Assembly (NCBI GenBank): GCA_947628785.1
Contig: CANRBE010000002.1
Coordinates: 1-46,184, forward strand
Source of the DNA: an uncultured Bacilli bacterium
GTDB lineage: Bacteria > Bacillota_I > Bacilli_A > RF39 > UBA660
Length of the DNA: 46,184 nt
Reading direction: 5' to 3'
This document shows positions 36,533 to 45,996 of the stretch, one piece after another. How positions within the stretch are numbered: the first letter of the stretch is position 1; each line of letters begins with the position of its first letter. The position numbers and the translations under genes were made by a program. The notes beneath the pieces were generated by a model. The model had not been told where the DNA came from. It was given only the letters and a program-made list of their open reading frames with translations, and searched no databases.

Positions 36533-36698
36533 GTGAAAAAAACAATCCTTTGATTTTCAATATTCTAATACCTTTAATATTGTTATCATATTAATAAATT
36601 ACCTTTTTTATATATAAAATTGATTGTGAAAAATTTTTATTCCTTAAAGTTGTATCAAAAATAAAAACTTTGTACTATATTAGTTATTATGATATAAT
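36533..36698 (+). repeat. 166-bp direct repeat, copy 1
   Basis: Identical by eye at every position to 37023-37188. Ends in the promoter-like TTGTAT...TGATATAAT. Confidence 0.9.
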
Positions 36699-37022
36699 CC
36701 TGACTTTGACAGTTTTGAGTATTAAAATACTCTTTTACCCTTTATTTATGGGAATTTTACTCAACTAAAAAATGCGTAGTATTTGTATTTTTTGATTTTA
36801 AACTAAAAATTTTTAGAAATTTTAAATACCAAATAGTTTAAGACTTTAATATTACTAGCATAAAGTTGAATAATAATATTCAATTAATTTAATATAACTA
36901 ATTATATCATGAATATAATTTAAAAAACAATAAAACGAAATATTACGCATTTTTCTAAAAGTCAAAAACGCTTATTATATAAGGACTTGTGAGTGAAAAA
37001 AAGTGAAAGCTGTCAAACTTGG
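36699..37022. mobile_element. 324-bp non-coding foldback segment with terminal and subterminal inverted repeats (MITE-like)
   Basis: Ends are CCTGACTTTGACAG and GCTGTCAAACTTGG (core TTTGACAG inverted). A subterminal 17-nt inverted repeat AAAAATGCGTAGTATTT (36768-36784) versus AAATATTACGCATTTTT (36938-36954) matches 16 of 17 and lies 69 and 68 nt from the respective ends. No ORF. Confidence 0.4.
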
Positions 37023-37188
37023 GTGAAAAAAACAATCCTTTGATTTTCAATATTCTAATACCTTTAATATTGTTATCATATTAATAAATTACCTTTTTTA
37101 TATATAAAATTGATTGTGAAAAATTTTTATTCCTTAAAGTTGTATCAAAAATAAAAACTTTGTACTATATTAGTTATTATGATATAAT
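37023..37188 (+). repeat. 166-bp direct repeat, copy 2 (carries the likely promoter of the downstream gene)
   Basis: Identical to 36533-36698. Extended -10 TGATATAAT ends 21 nt before the ATG at 37209. Confidence 0.9.
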
Positions 37189-37208
37189 GAATAAAGAAAG
37201 TAGGAAAC

Positions 37209-37709
37209 ATGAATATTTTTATAGCTCAAATTATTGGCATTATAGCTATTCTTGTTTGGAGTTATAGTGTCCATCGAAAAGAACAATATGAAATTTTATG
37301 GTATCAAGCGATAGCTAACTTATTTTATACTATACAATATATTATCTTAAATGTTATAGCAGCTGCTGCGATGAATTTTTCATCAGTTGTTCGGTGTTAT
37401 CTTTTTTATAAGAAAGGAAAAAATAAGGAAGATATATCTAATTTTTGGTTAGTCTTTTTTATAGCTGTTGTTTTAACACTTGGTTTTTTAACGTACCAAA
37501 ATTATCTTTCTTTAATTCCTATCATAATAACTTTATTTTACACGGTATCATCTTTTGTAAGAAATACTAAATGGTTTAGGATTATATTTATATTGGCTGC
37601 TATTGTTTGGATTTTCTACAATTTAAAAGTTAAAGCTTATATTTGTGTTGTCGGTAATATTTTAGAGATAGCATCGGGAACAATGGCTTTAGTTAAATAT
37701 AAAGAATAG
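37209..37709 (+). CDS. YgjV-like inner membrane protein
   Basis: 166 aa, about 5 TM helices. N-terminus FIAQIIGIIAILVWSYSVHRKEQYEILWYQAIANLFYTIQY resembles the YgjV family. Confidence 0.55.
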   Translation: MNIFIAQIIGIIAILVWSYSVHRKEQYEILWYQAIANLFYTIQYIILNVIAAAAMNFSSVVRCYLFYKKGKNKEDISNFWLVFFIAVVLTLGFLTYQNYLSLIPIIITLFYTVSSFVRNTKWFRIIFILAAIVWIFYNLKVKAYICVVGNILEIASGTMALVKYKE

Positions 37710-37899
37710 TGATATAATGAAAAAAACATATATTGTAAATTAGTAGTTATCGTTTTAGCTTTAACTACATTTGGTGTATTTTTTTTAAGGGATATTATAT
37801 ATAAACTTTAAAATAATACAAGTGCTAACCAACTTTATTTATGGTTTGTATTAAGGAAAATATAATTCTAAAATATAAACATTTTTTTAAGAGGTAAAA

Positions 37900-38259
37900 A
37901 TGGAAATAGAAAAAATATTATCTAGTTTATCTAAATCAAAATTTAGAAGTAGCTTTCATCTAAAAGAAAAAGATAAACAATATATAAAAGATAAAGGACT
38001 AGCTAAAATAAAAGACCATGCCTATGATTTTATAACTAAAAGATTAGCTTCAAAGTATCCTAAAAATGATGGTAAACAAACACCGACTAAGGGGCATCCT
38101 GTTTTTATAGCGGAACATGCTACGGCGACATGTTGTCGGTCTTGTTTAGAAAAATGGCACAAAATACCTAAGGGTTATAGTTTAACTAATAAGCAAATTG
38201 ATTATATTGTTAATGTTATTATGACCTGGATAGTTAAAGAAGTTAAAGAAAATCATTAG
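37900..38259 (+). CDS. DUF4186-family protein
   Basis: FRSSFHLKEKD...GKQTPTKGHPVFIAEHATATCCRSCLEKWH is characteristic of DUF4186. Confidence 0.7.
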   Translation: MEIEKILSSLSKSKFRSSFHLKEKDKQYIKDKGLAKIKDHAYDFITKRLASKYPKNDGKQTPTKGHPVFIAEHATATCCRSCLEKWHKIPKGYSLTNKQIDYIVNVIMTWIVKEVKENH

Positions 38260-38343
38260 GATTTTTTTTCTTAAGAAAAAATTAATATTTTTATAAGGAA
38301 AACTTAAAACTTAAAAAAAATTAAAATATTATAATTTTTTTAG

Positions 38344-39156
38344 GTGATGAAAGTGAAAAAATATATAATATGTTTATTAATATTATTGTTGCTAATAAAA
38401 AGTTATCCTTATATTCAAAATACAATTAATGAGAAAAAAGATATTATAAGTATTTCTATTAATAATCCAAATCTTGAAAAAGAAACTATTATCAAATTAA
38501 AAAATTTAAGTAAAAAAAATAAAAAAATAAATAAAATTTTAAAAGAAAGTCAAAAATATCCTCAAGAATTATTAGATATGTTAAGTAAAAATCCTGAAAT
38601 GACAGATTTTGTATTAGATTATCCAAATAAAAAAGGAAAAACATATAGTGATAATGTTGGAAAAATAAAAAAAGGAGAAATTCCTTTATTACTTCAATGG
38701 GATAAAAGATGGGGATATAGTTTATATCAAGATAAAATATTAGCTATTAATGGATGTGGACCAACTAGTTTATCAATGGTTTATACATCTCTTACAAACA
38801 ATAATAAAATGACACCTGATAAAATAGCTTTATTTTCAGTAGAAAATGGTTATTACACCAAAGAAGGAACTAGTTGGTATTTAATGACAGAAGGAGCTAA
38901 AAAATTGGGACTTAAAGTTCAAGAACTTACTTTATCTAAATCTTTAATTTTTACAACCTTAGAAAATGGTCATCCAATTATTTGTAGTATGCGAAAAGGT
39001 GATTTTACTAGTAGTGGACATTTTATTGTTTTAACATCTCTTAAAAATGGTAAAATAAAAGTAAATGATCCTAATAGTATTAAAAGAAGTAATACTTTAT
39101 GGAGTTATGAAGTATTAGAACCACAAATAAAAAACTTATGGAGCTATAGCGTTTAA
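38344..39156 (+). CDS. Secreted or membrane-anchored C39-like cysteine peptidase domain protein (Peptidase_C39_2-like)
   Basis: N-terminal hydrophobic segment. QWDKRWGY...INGCGPTSLSMV (candidate catalytic Cys) and SSGHFIVL (candidate His). The start may be the GTG at 38353, after AGGTGA. Confidence 0.65.
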   Translation: MMKVKKYIICLLILLLLIKSYPYIQNTINEKKDIISISINNPNLEKETIIKLKNLSKKNKKINKILKESQKYPQELLDMLSKNPEMTDFVLDYPNKKGKTYSDNVGKIKKGEIPLLLQWDKRWGYSLYQDKILAINGCGPTSLSMVYTSLTNNNKMTPDKIALFSVENGYYTKEGTSWYLMTEGAKKLGLKVQELTLSKSLIFTTLENGHPIICSMRKGDFTSSGHFIVLTSLKNGKIKVNDPNSIKRSNTLWSYEVLEPQIKNLWSYSV

Positions 39157-39184
39157 AAAGTTATACTAACTGAGGAGTGAAAGC

Positions 39185-39868
39185 GTGAATATATTAGTTG
39201 TTGATGATGAAATGGAAATTGCTGATTTAATTGAAATATATTTAACTAATGAAAATTATAAAGTATATAAATATTATTCTAGTAAAAATGTTTTAAAAAT
39301 CTTAGAAAATGTCGATATTGATTTAGCCTTATTAGATGTAATGATGCCTGATATTGATGGCTTTTCCCTTTGTCAAAAAATAAGAGAAAAATATAAATTT
39401 CCCATAATTTTTATAACAGCTAAAGTAGAAAAAATAGATAAAATAAATGGTCTTACCATTGGAGCTGATGATTATATAACTAAACCTTTTGAACCTTTAG
39501 AAATGGTTGCTAGAGTCAAAGCTCAACTTAGAAGATATAAAAATTATAATAATTTAAAAAAGACTAATATCATTGATTTTAGAAACATTGTAATTAATAA
39601 AGATACTCATGAATTTTATTTAAACGAAGAAAAAATAGAACTTACTCCAATCGAGTTTGAAATACTTTGGTATTTATGTTTAAAAAGAGGTAGTGTTGTT
39701 AAAACAGAAGAATTATTTAAACAAGTATGGAAGGAAAAATATTATGAAAATGATAATAATACTGTTATGGTTCATATAAGACATTTAAGAGAAAAAATGA
39801 AAGATACTTTAAAAAAACCTAAATATATTGTCACTGTATGGGGAGTAGGTTATAAAATTGATGAATAA
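39185..39868 (+). CDS. OmpR/PhoB-family response regulator (VanR-like)
   Basis: Receiver domain (DD..., LLDVMMPDIDG, TAK) plus winged-helix output (LTPIEFEILWYL, VWGVGYK). Confidence 0.92.
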   Translation: MNILVVDDEMEIADLIEIYLTNENYKVYKYYSSKNVLKILENVDIDLALLDVMMPDIDGFSLCQKIREKYKFPIIFITAKVEKIDKINGLTIGADDYITKPFEPLEMVARVKAQLRRYKNYNNLKKTNIIDFRNIVINKDTHEFYLNEEKIELTPIEFEILWYLCLKRGSVVKTEELFKQVWKEKYYENDNNTVMVHIRHLREKMKDTLKKPKYIVTVWGVGYKIDE

Positions 39869-40964
39869 AAAAAATGATTTAGTAAGAAAAAATTATATAG
39901 ATTTTTTTATTAAAATTACAATATGGACCTTAGTTTTTCCAATAACTTTACTTTTTTTAATTGTTATTTATAAATCATTTGATTTTCAGTGGTTATATAA
40001 TATATCTCCAAATATTTATATATTTTTAAAAATTTTTTTAAATAATATAATTGATGGTAGTTTTGGAATATTTATTTTTATTATCTGGTTTAGTGGTTTT
40101 AGTATAATCCTTTATAAGATGATAAAAAAAATATTTTCTTATGTTGATGCGATATCAAAAGCATCAGAAAACTTATTAAATAAAGATGTTTTATATATAA
40201 ACCTACCTAGAGAACTTGAAGATTTTCAAATAAAAATAAATAGTTTAAAAAAAGAAGCTTTGAAAAATGAACGACTAGCTAGAGAAAATGAACAGAAAAA
40301 AAATGATTTAATTGTTTATTTAGCTCACGACCTTAAAACACCCCTTACTTCGATGATTGGTTATTTATCTTTATTAGATGAGATTAAAGATATGCCTAAA
40401 GCTAAAAAAGAAAAGTATGTTAGTATTGCTCTTGATAAATCATACAAATTAGAAAGTTTAATCAATGAGTTATTTGATATAGCTAGATTTAATTCAGAAA
40501 CTGTTACTTTAGAAAAAGAAGAAATAAATTTAAACTTAATGTTTGAGCAACTTATTGATGATTTTTATCCGATGTTAAAAGAACATAATAAGGAAATAAA
40601 ATTAAAAAATAAAAATAAAACTGTTATTTTTGGAGATTCTTTTAAATTAGCTCGAGTATTTGGAAATTTAATTAAAAATGCCATCATTTATAGTAAAGAA
40701 CATTTTATTAATATTGATATTTATGATAATGATAATTTAGTTACGGTTGTAGTAAGTAATAAGGGTAAAAAAATACCAGAAGAAAAATTAAATAAAATAT
40801 TTGAAAAATTTTATCGAATAGACCAATCTAGAATGAGTAAAACAGGAGGAAGTGGATTAGGACTTGCGATAGCTAAAGAAATAGTTGAATTACATGGTGG
40901 TCAAATAAAAGCTACTAGTGATAATAAAACTACTAATATTTATGTTACTTTACCAAAAAAATAA
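39858..40964 (+). CDS. Sensor histidine kinase (VanS-like)
   Basis: Two TM helices, H-box YLAHDLKTPLTSMIGY, N-box NLIKNAIIYS, G-box GGSGLGLAIAKEI. Overlaps the regulator gene by 11 nt. Confidence 0.9.
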   Translation: MMNKKNDLVRKNYIDFFIKITIWTLVFPITLLFLIVIYKSFDFQWLYNISPNIYIFLKIFLNNIIDGSFGIFIFIIWFSGFSIILYKMIKKIFSYVDAISKASENLLNKDVLYINLPRELEDFQIKINSLKKEALKNERLARENEQKKNDLIVYLAHDLKTPLTSMIGYLSLLDEIKDMPKAKKEKYVSIALDKSYKLESLINELFDIARFNSETVTLEKEEINLNLMFEQLIDDFYPMLKEHNKEIKLKNKNKTVIFGDSFKLARVFGNLIKNAIIYSKEHFINIDIYDNDNLVTVVVSNKGKKIPEEKLNKIFEKFYRIDQSRMSKTGGSGLGLAIAKEIVELHGGQIKATSDNKTTNIYVTLPKK

Positions 40965-40982
40965 TTAAGAAAGGAAGATATT

Positions 40983-41864
40983 ATGGAATTAATTAAAGTG
41001 GCTAAAAAAACTTATTATATTAAAAATCCTACTAATATTGGAGTGTATCAAGTAGATGATGATAGTGTATATTTAATTGATACAGGAAATGATAAAGATG
41101 CTGGTCGGAAAATATTAAAAATAATGGAAGAAAATGGTTTTAAAGTAAAAGGTATTATCAATACCCATTCTAATGCGGACCATATTGGGGGCAATAAAAT
41201 TATTCAAGATAGAACTAACTGTCCTATATTTGCTTACAATATTGAAAAAAGTTTTATAGAAAATCCTATTTTAGAACCATCTTTTTTATATGGTGGTTAT
41301 CCTTTTAAAGAAATCAGAAATAAATTTTTACAAGCTAAAGAATCTAAAGTTACATCAATTGAAAATAATTTACCTGATGGATTAGAATATTTTAAATTAA
41401 AAGGACATTTTTTTGATATGATAGGTATAAAAACTAGTGATGATGTTTATTTTTTAGCTGATTCTTTATTTAAAGAAGAAGTAATAACTAAATATCATTT
41501 ATGTTTTTTGTTAGATATAAAGGAATACCTTAATACTTTAGATTATTTAGAAACTTTAAAAGGAAAATTATTTATACCATCCCACGTTGAAGCAGTTTCA
41601 GATATTTCTAATTTAATTACTTTAAATAGAAATAAAGTATATGAAATAATTGATAAAATATATAATTTTTGTGAAAAAGAGGTAACATTAGAAGATATTT
41701 TAAAATATATATTTGATGTTTATAACTTAAATATAAATCCTAATCAATATGTTTTAATTAGTAGTACAATTAAATCTTATTTATCTTATTTAAATGATTT
41801 AGAAAAAATAACTTTTTTATTTAAAGATAATAAAATGTATTGGAAACAAAAAAATGAAATATAA
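40983..41864 (+). CDS. MBL-fold metallo-hydrolase (variant motif HSNADH)
   Basis: INTHSNADHIGG sits in the position of HxHxDH. 293 aa. Confidence 0.7.
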   Translation: MELIKVAKKTYYIKNPTNIGVYQVDDDSVYLIDTGNDKDAGRKILKIMEENGFKVKGIINTHSNADHIGGNKIIQDRTNCPIFAYNIEKSFIENPILEPSFLYGGYPFKEIRNKFLQAKESKVTSIENNLPDGLEYFKLKGHFFDMIGIKTSDDVYFLADSLFKEEVITKYHLCFLLDIKEYLNTLDYLETLKGKLFIPSHVEAVSDISNLITLNRNKVYEIIDKIYNFCEKEVTLEDILKYIFDVYNLNINPNQYVLISSTIKSYLSYLNDLEKITFLFKDNKMYWKQKNEI

Positions 41865-41936
41865 AGCTAACAATGCTTTTTTTCTTACATTGATTTTATA
41901 AAATTAATTTAGTATAATTAGTAAAGGTGAAATAAT

Positions 41937-44882
41937 ATGTACTTAAAAAAATTAGTCGCAACAGGTTTTAAGTCCTTTGCCGATAAAATAGATATGACCT
42001 TTATTCCAGGTATTAATGGAGTAGTTGGACCAAATGGAAGCGGAAAAAGTAATGTGGTTGATGCGATTAGATGGGTGTTAGGAGAACAATCTGTTAAGTC
42101 ACTTCGTGGTGATGGAACTATGACAGATGTTATTTTTTCTGGTAGTAAATCGAGAAGAGCTTTAAATGTTGCTAGTGTAGCTTTATTATTTGATAATACT
42201 GATAGATACTTAAATTTAGATATTGATGAAGTAGTAATAAAAAGAAGACTTTATACTGATGGAACTAATGAATATTATATTAATAATGAAAAGTGTCGTT
42301 TAAAAGATATTACTGATATGTTTTTAGATAGTGGAGTAGGTAAGGAAAGTTTTAATATCATATCTCAAGGTAAAGTAGATGAGATAATAAAAAGTAAACC
42401 AGATGATAGAAGGTTTATTTTTGAAGAAGCTGCAGGAGTAATTAAATATAAAAAAAGAAAACAAGAAGCTTTAAAAAAATTAGAGCGAACTCATCATAAT
42501 ATGGATAGAGTAAATGATATTATGGAAGAGATGAAAAATCAACTAGAACCTTTAGAAGAACAAAGTAAAAAAGCTAAAGAATATAAGATAAAAAAACAAG
42601 AATTAGAAAGTTTAGATATTGCTTTAATGACTCATGATATAACTAAATTAAATGTTGATTTTCAAATCAAAAAGGAACAAATTGAAAAACTTAATCAAGA
42701 AATATTGACTTTAAATACTAATAGTACAACTAATGATGCTAGAATAGAAAAATATAAACAACAATTAGCTAACTTAGAAAATGATATAAATAATATTCAA
42801 AAGCAATATGTAGAACAAATATCAATTGTCGAAAGTTTAAAAAGTAAAAAAGATATTTTGTTAGAAAGTAAAAAATATGAAATAGAAGAAAAGAAAATCC
42901 ATGATAGATTAATATATATAGAAGAGGAAATATTAAGATATAAAAAAGATATTGATTCTAATACATATGATTATGATAAAAGACAAGAACAACAACAAGT
43001 TATTATTGAAAAAGAAAAGAAATTAGAACAAAAAATAAATGAAGTAAAAAGTAAAAGACGAAGCATAGAAGAACAATTATCCAAAAAAATAAAAGAAAAT
43101 CATAGTATTACTAGCCGAATAAATTATTTAGATGAGGTGATAAATAATAATGCTAGTTTACCAAGTAGTATTAGAAATATTTTAAGTAATATTAAACTTA
43201 CTGGTATACATGATGTTATTGGTAATGTAATTGAAATGGATTTTAAATATACAAAAGCTTTAAAAACTTCCCTAGGTTATGCAAGTAATTATGTGATAGT
43301 TGATACTACTAATCAAGCTAAGCAAGCAATAAAATATTTAAAAGAGCAACATTTAGGTAAAGTTACTTTTTTTCCAATAGAAGTTATCAAACCTAAAAAA
43401 ATAGATAATTTAGTTAAACAAACTATTGAAAATATTCCTGGTTTTATCTCTGTTGCATCTTCTTTAATCAAATGTGAACCAATATATAGACCAATTATTG
43501 AAAATCAATTAGGTTCTGTTATTGTAGCGAGTGATTTAGATAGTGCTACTAATATAGCTAAACAAATAGGTAATCGCTATCGGATTGTTACTTTAGATGG
43601 TGATATTATCCATGTTGGTGGTTCAATAACTGGTGGTGTTGATACTATAAAAAGAAGTGTTGTTGAAGATAAATATGAATTGGAAGTTAAAATTCAAGAA
43701 TTAGATAAAAATAAAAGGTTAATAAGTGATTTAGAAAATAGTATTAATGAACAAGATTATTTATATCGTTCTTATCAAGATGAAGAGTATTTACTAAATA
43801 AAGATAGTATTATTTTAAAACAAGAAATGGACACTATCAAAGAACAAATTGATTTTTTAAATAGTAAAAAAAATGAGTTAGAAGAAGAAATGACTAGAAT
43901 GAATGGGCTTTTAAATAATCAAGTTAATGAGCTAGAAAAAAAGGTTATGGAAGATTATTATTTAGAGTTAACTAAACAAGAAAGATTAAAACAATCACTA
44001 GAAAATGAGAAGGAAAAAAGAAGTAAAATAAGTATTGAATATGGTGAACTTGAAAATCAAACTAAAAAGGAAAATAGTTTACTTTACCAAAAAAGTAAAG
44101 AGTTAAAAGATTTAGAAATTGAAACTAACAGAATAGATGTTAAGTTGGATACTTTATTAAATAAGTTAACTGAAAATTATAACATTACTTATGAACGGGC
44201 AGTTGTTTTGTATAAGATAACTGATGATGTTGAAGTATCTAGAAATAAAGTAAATAGTTTAAAAAGGCACATTAAAGAATTAGGAGAAGTAAATTTAGGA
44301 GCTATTGAAGAGTATGAAAGAATAAATGAAAGATATACTTTTCTTAGTTTACAAAAAGAAGATTTGTCAAAAGCTGAAGATACTTTATTAGAAATTATGA
44401 AGGAGATGGATAGTGTATTTATTAAGGAGTTTACTAAATCGTTTGAAATAATTAATAAACATTTTAAACAAACTTTTAGGGAATTATTTAAAGGAGGAGA
44501 TGCTTCTTTAAAACTTACAACTCCAGATAATATTTTAGAAACTGGTATTGAAATTATTGCATCCCCACCAGGTAAAAAGATGAAAAAGCTTACTTTACTT
44601 TCAGGAGGGGAACAGACTTTAACTTCTATTAGTTTGTTGTTTGCTATATTAAAATCAAGACCAGTACCATTTTGTGTTTTAGATGAAGTTGAAGCTGCTT
44701 TGGATGAAGTAAATGTTAAAAGTTTTGGAGAATATGTGAAAAAATTAAAGGAAAAAACTCAATTTATTTTAATAACTCATAAACATAAAACTATGGAATA
44801 TGCAGATATTTTGTATGGTATTACTATGCAAGAATCTGGAGTAAGTAAATTAGTTAGTGTCAAATTAGAAGGAGTGGCTTAA
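41937..44882 (+). CDS. smc: Chromosome segregation protein SMC (short form, 981 aa)
   Basis: N-terminal GPNGSGKSN, long coiled coils, central hinge (GxxGG region), C-terminal LSGGEQTLTSISLLFA and VLDEVEAALD. Confidence 0.93.
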   Translation: MYLKKLVATGFKSFADKIDMTFIPGINGVVGPNGSGKSNVVDAIRWVLGEQSVKSLRGDGTMTDVIFSGSKSRRALNVASVALLFDNTDRYLNLDIDEVVIKRRLYTDGTNEYYINNEKCRLKDITDMFLDSGVGKESFNIISQGKVDEIIKSKPDDRRFIFEEAAGVIKYKKRKQEALKKLERTHHNMDRVNDIMEEMKNQLEPLEEQSKKAKEYKIKKQELESLDIALMTHDITKLNVDFQIKKEQIEKLNQEILTLNTNSTTNDARIEKYKQQLANLENDINNIQKQYVEQISIVESLKSKKDILLESKKYEIEEKKIHDRLIYIEEEILRYKKDIDSNTYDYDKRQEQQQVIIEKEKKLEQKINEVKSKRRSIEEQLSKKIKENHSITSRINYLDEVINNNASLPSSIRNILSNIKLTGIHDVIGNVIEMDFKYTKALKTSLGYASNYVIVDTTNQAKQAIKYLKEQHLGKVTFFPIEVIKPKKIDNLVKQTIENIPGFISVASSLIKCEPIYRPIIENQLGSVIVASDLDSATNIAKQIGNRYRIVTLDGDIIHVGGSITGGVDTIKRSVVEDKYELEVKIQELDKNKRLISDLENSINEQDYLYRSYQDEEYLLNKDSIILKQEMDTIKEQIDFLNSKKNELEEEMTRMNGLLNNQVNELEKKVMEDYYLELTKQERLKQSLENEKEKRSKISIEYGELENQTKKENSLLYQKSKELKDLEIETNRIDVKLDTLLNKLTENYNITYERAVVLYKITDDVEVSRNKVNSLKRHIKELGEVNLGAIEEYERINERYTFLSLQKEDLSKAEDTLLEIMKEMDSVFIKEFTKSFEIINKHFKQTFRELFKGGDASLKLTTPDNILETGIEIIASPPGKKMKKLTLLSGGEQTLTSISLLFAILKSRPVPFCVLDEVEAALDEVNVKSFGEYVKKLKEKTQFILITHKHKTMEYADILYGITMQESGVSKLVSVKLEGVA

Positions 44883-45373
44883 TGAAAATTTTATTTTATT
44901 ATGACCATCCTTTATTTGATAAAATTGCGATAGCAGAACTTGATGGTAAAATAACTAATTTGTTTATTGGCAAAGATGTTATTAAAGAACCATTTATTTA
45001 TATGGAAACTGATTTGATTAAAAAAGCTCATGATGAGTTAGTGGAATATTTTAATAAAGAAAGAACAGAGTTTGATATACCTTTTTATTTAGAAGGAACA
45101 CCTTTTCAAAAACAAGTATGGTCTTCTTTACAAAAAATACCATATGGAGAAGTATCTACGTATAAAGATATTGCCATTAAAATAGGTCATGAACAAGCTT
45201 ATCAAGCAGTAGGAACTGCTATTTCTAAAAATCCTCTTCCGATTTTTATTCCATGTCATCGAGTTATTAATAGTGATGATAAATTAGGTGGTTATAGATT
45301 AGGATTGGATATTAAAAAATATTTACTTATTTTAGAAAAGATAGAAAAACCAACTGAAGAAATTAATAAATAG
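44882..45373 (+). CDS. ogt: Methylated-DNA--protein-cysteine methyltransferase
   Basis: IPCHRVI active-site motif, FQKQVW, YGEVSTYKDIA. Start overlaps the smc stop (TAATG). Confidence 0.9.
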   Translation: MKILFYYDHPLFDKIAIAELDGKITNLFIGKDVIKEPFIYMETDLIKKAHDELVEYFNKERTEFDIPFYLEGTPFQKQVWSSLQKIPYGEVSTYKDIAIKIGHEQAYQAVGTAISKNPLPIFIPCHRVINSDDKLGGYRLGLDIKKYLLILEKIEKPTEEINK

Positions 45374-45384
45374 GTGTTTATGAT

Positions 45385-45413
45385 TTGACATTAATATAAT
45401 GATATGATAATAT
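45385..45413 (+). promoter_or_regulatory. Promoter of candidate antitoxin sRNA, copy 1
   Basis: TTGACA, 17-nt spacer, TAATAT, with upstream TG (TGaTAATAT). Confidence 0.55.
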
Positions 45414-45419
45414 GTATTT

Positions 45420-45530
45420 AATGAAAGAAATTTCATAAAATAAAAAAGGGACACTTAATATTCTCTGTTAAGTGCTACCTCATGTGTTTTGATAGCCCCT
45501 AACTCAAATAGAATTAGGGGCATTTTTCTT
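45420..45530 (+). ncRNA. Candidate antitoxin sRNA (~110 nt), copy 1; 5' end estimated
   Basis: No credible ORF. Internal hairpin CACTTAA/TTAAGTG (45452-45474). GC-rich terminator GCCCCTAA...TTAGGGGC (45495-45521) plus T-run. Antisense to the 3' UTR of the convergent peptide mRNA. Confidence 0.5.
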
Positions 45531-45568
45531 TTTAATGTAAAGTCTTGTTGTTAATGTTTATATTTTAA

Positions 45569-45652
45569 TTATAAAATTAAAATATAAATTGCTCCTATGA
45601 GCAATACAATTATAAAAAATTGTATAGATATTAAAAAATCTTTTTTACTCAT
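45569..45652 (-). CDS. Candidate type I toxin, 27 aa (MSKKDFLISIQFFIIVLLIGAIYILIL), copy 1
   Basis: ATG lies 6 nt after GGAGGTG. The SD can pair with the upstream CACCTCC (7-bp stem, 7-nt loop). Charged N-terminus plus one hydrophobic helix. Identical second copy 428 bp downstream. Confidence 0.55.
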   Translation of the reverse strand: MSKKDFLISIQFFIIVLLIGAIYILIL

Positions 45653-45707
45653 AGGCAACACCTCCTTTTTATGGAGGTGGCCCCTAACTATTAAGTGTCC
45701 TAAATAA

Positions 45708-45736
45708 ATCATAGTACATAATGATAATAAAAACAA
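45708..45736 (-). promoter_or_regulatory. Candidate promoter of the toxin mRNA, copy 1
   Basis: On the minus strand: TTGTTT, 17-nt spacer, TATGAT. Predicts a ~49-nt 5' UTR. Confidence 0.4.
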
Positions 45737-45765
45737 GCGAACAAATGAAATTTGTTAAAAAAACG

Positions 45766-45782
45766 TTCGACAAAAATCGACA
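45766..45782. promoter_or_regulatory. Tandem Spo0A-box-like motif TTCGACA-aaa-ATCGACA
   Basis: Same architecture as at 10234-10250. Lies between the divergent toxin-1 and sRNA-2 promoters. Confidence 0.35.
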
Positions 45783-45812
45783 TTTAGGCTTTATATTTTA
45801 AAGGAAAAATAT

Positions 45813-45841
45813 TTGACTTTACTATAATGATATGATAATAT
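45813..45841 (+). promoter_or_regulatory. Promoter of candidate antitoxin sRNA, copy 2
   Basis: TTGACT, 17-nt spacer, TAATAT, with TG extension. Confidence 0.5.
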
Positions 45842-45847
45842 GTATTT

Positions 45848-45958
45848 AGTGAAAGAAATTTCATATAATAAAAAAGGAACACTTAATATTCTCTGTTAAG
45901 TGCCACCGTATTTATAGGTAAAGCCCCTAACTCAAATAGAATTAGGGGCATTTTTCTT
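45848..45958 (+). ncRNA. Candidate antitoxin sRNA, copy 2
   Basis: Same hairpins and terminator (45923-45949 plus T-run) as copy 1. The linker between the hairpins has diverged. Confidence 0.5.
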
Positions 45959-45996
45959 TTTGATGTAAAGTCTTGTTGTTAATGTTTATATTTTAA

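Larger units (their letters stand above)
45383..45755. repeat. Tandem repeat unit 1 (type I TA-like module), period 428 bp
   Basis: Aligns without indels to 45811-46183. Substitutions cluster at 45476-45494. Confidence 0.9.

Noticed and set aside
37710-37811. Hydrophobic 32-codon frame (YNEKNIYCKLVVIVLALTTFGVFFLRDIIYKL) continuing in the ygjV-like frame after a TAG-TGA double stop; also reachable from the ATG at 37717 by a +1 slip in an A7 run
   Set aside because: Two consecutive stops make readthrough implausible. There is no SD, and hydrophobic frames arise easily in this base composition. At most it is a relic of a longer ancestral C-terminus.
45421-45438. Five-codon ORF ATGAAAGAAATTTCATAA at the 5' end of the candidate sRNA
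   Set aside because: It has no SD, and the sequence is itself a small palindrome (TGAAA...TTTCA). It is more likely structural than coding.
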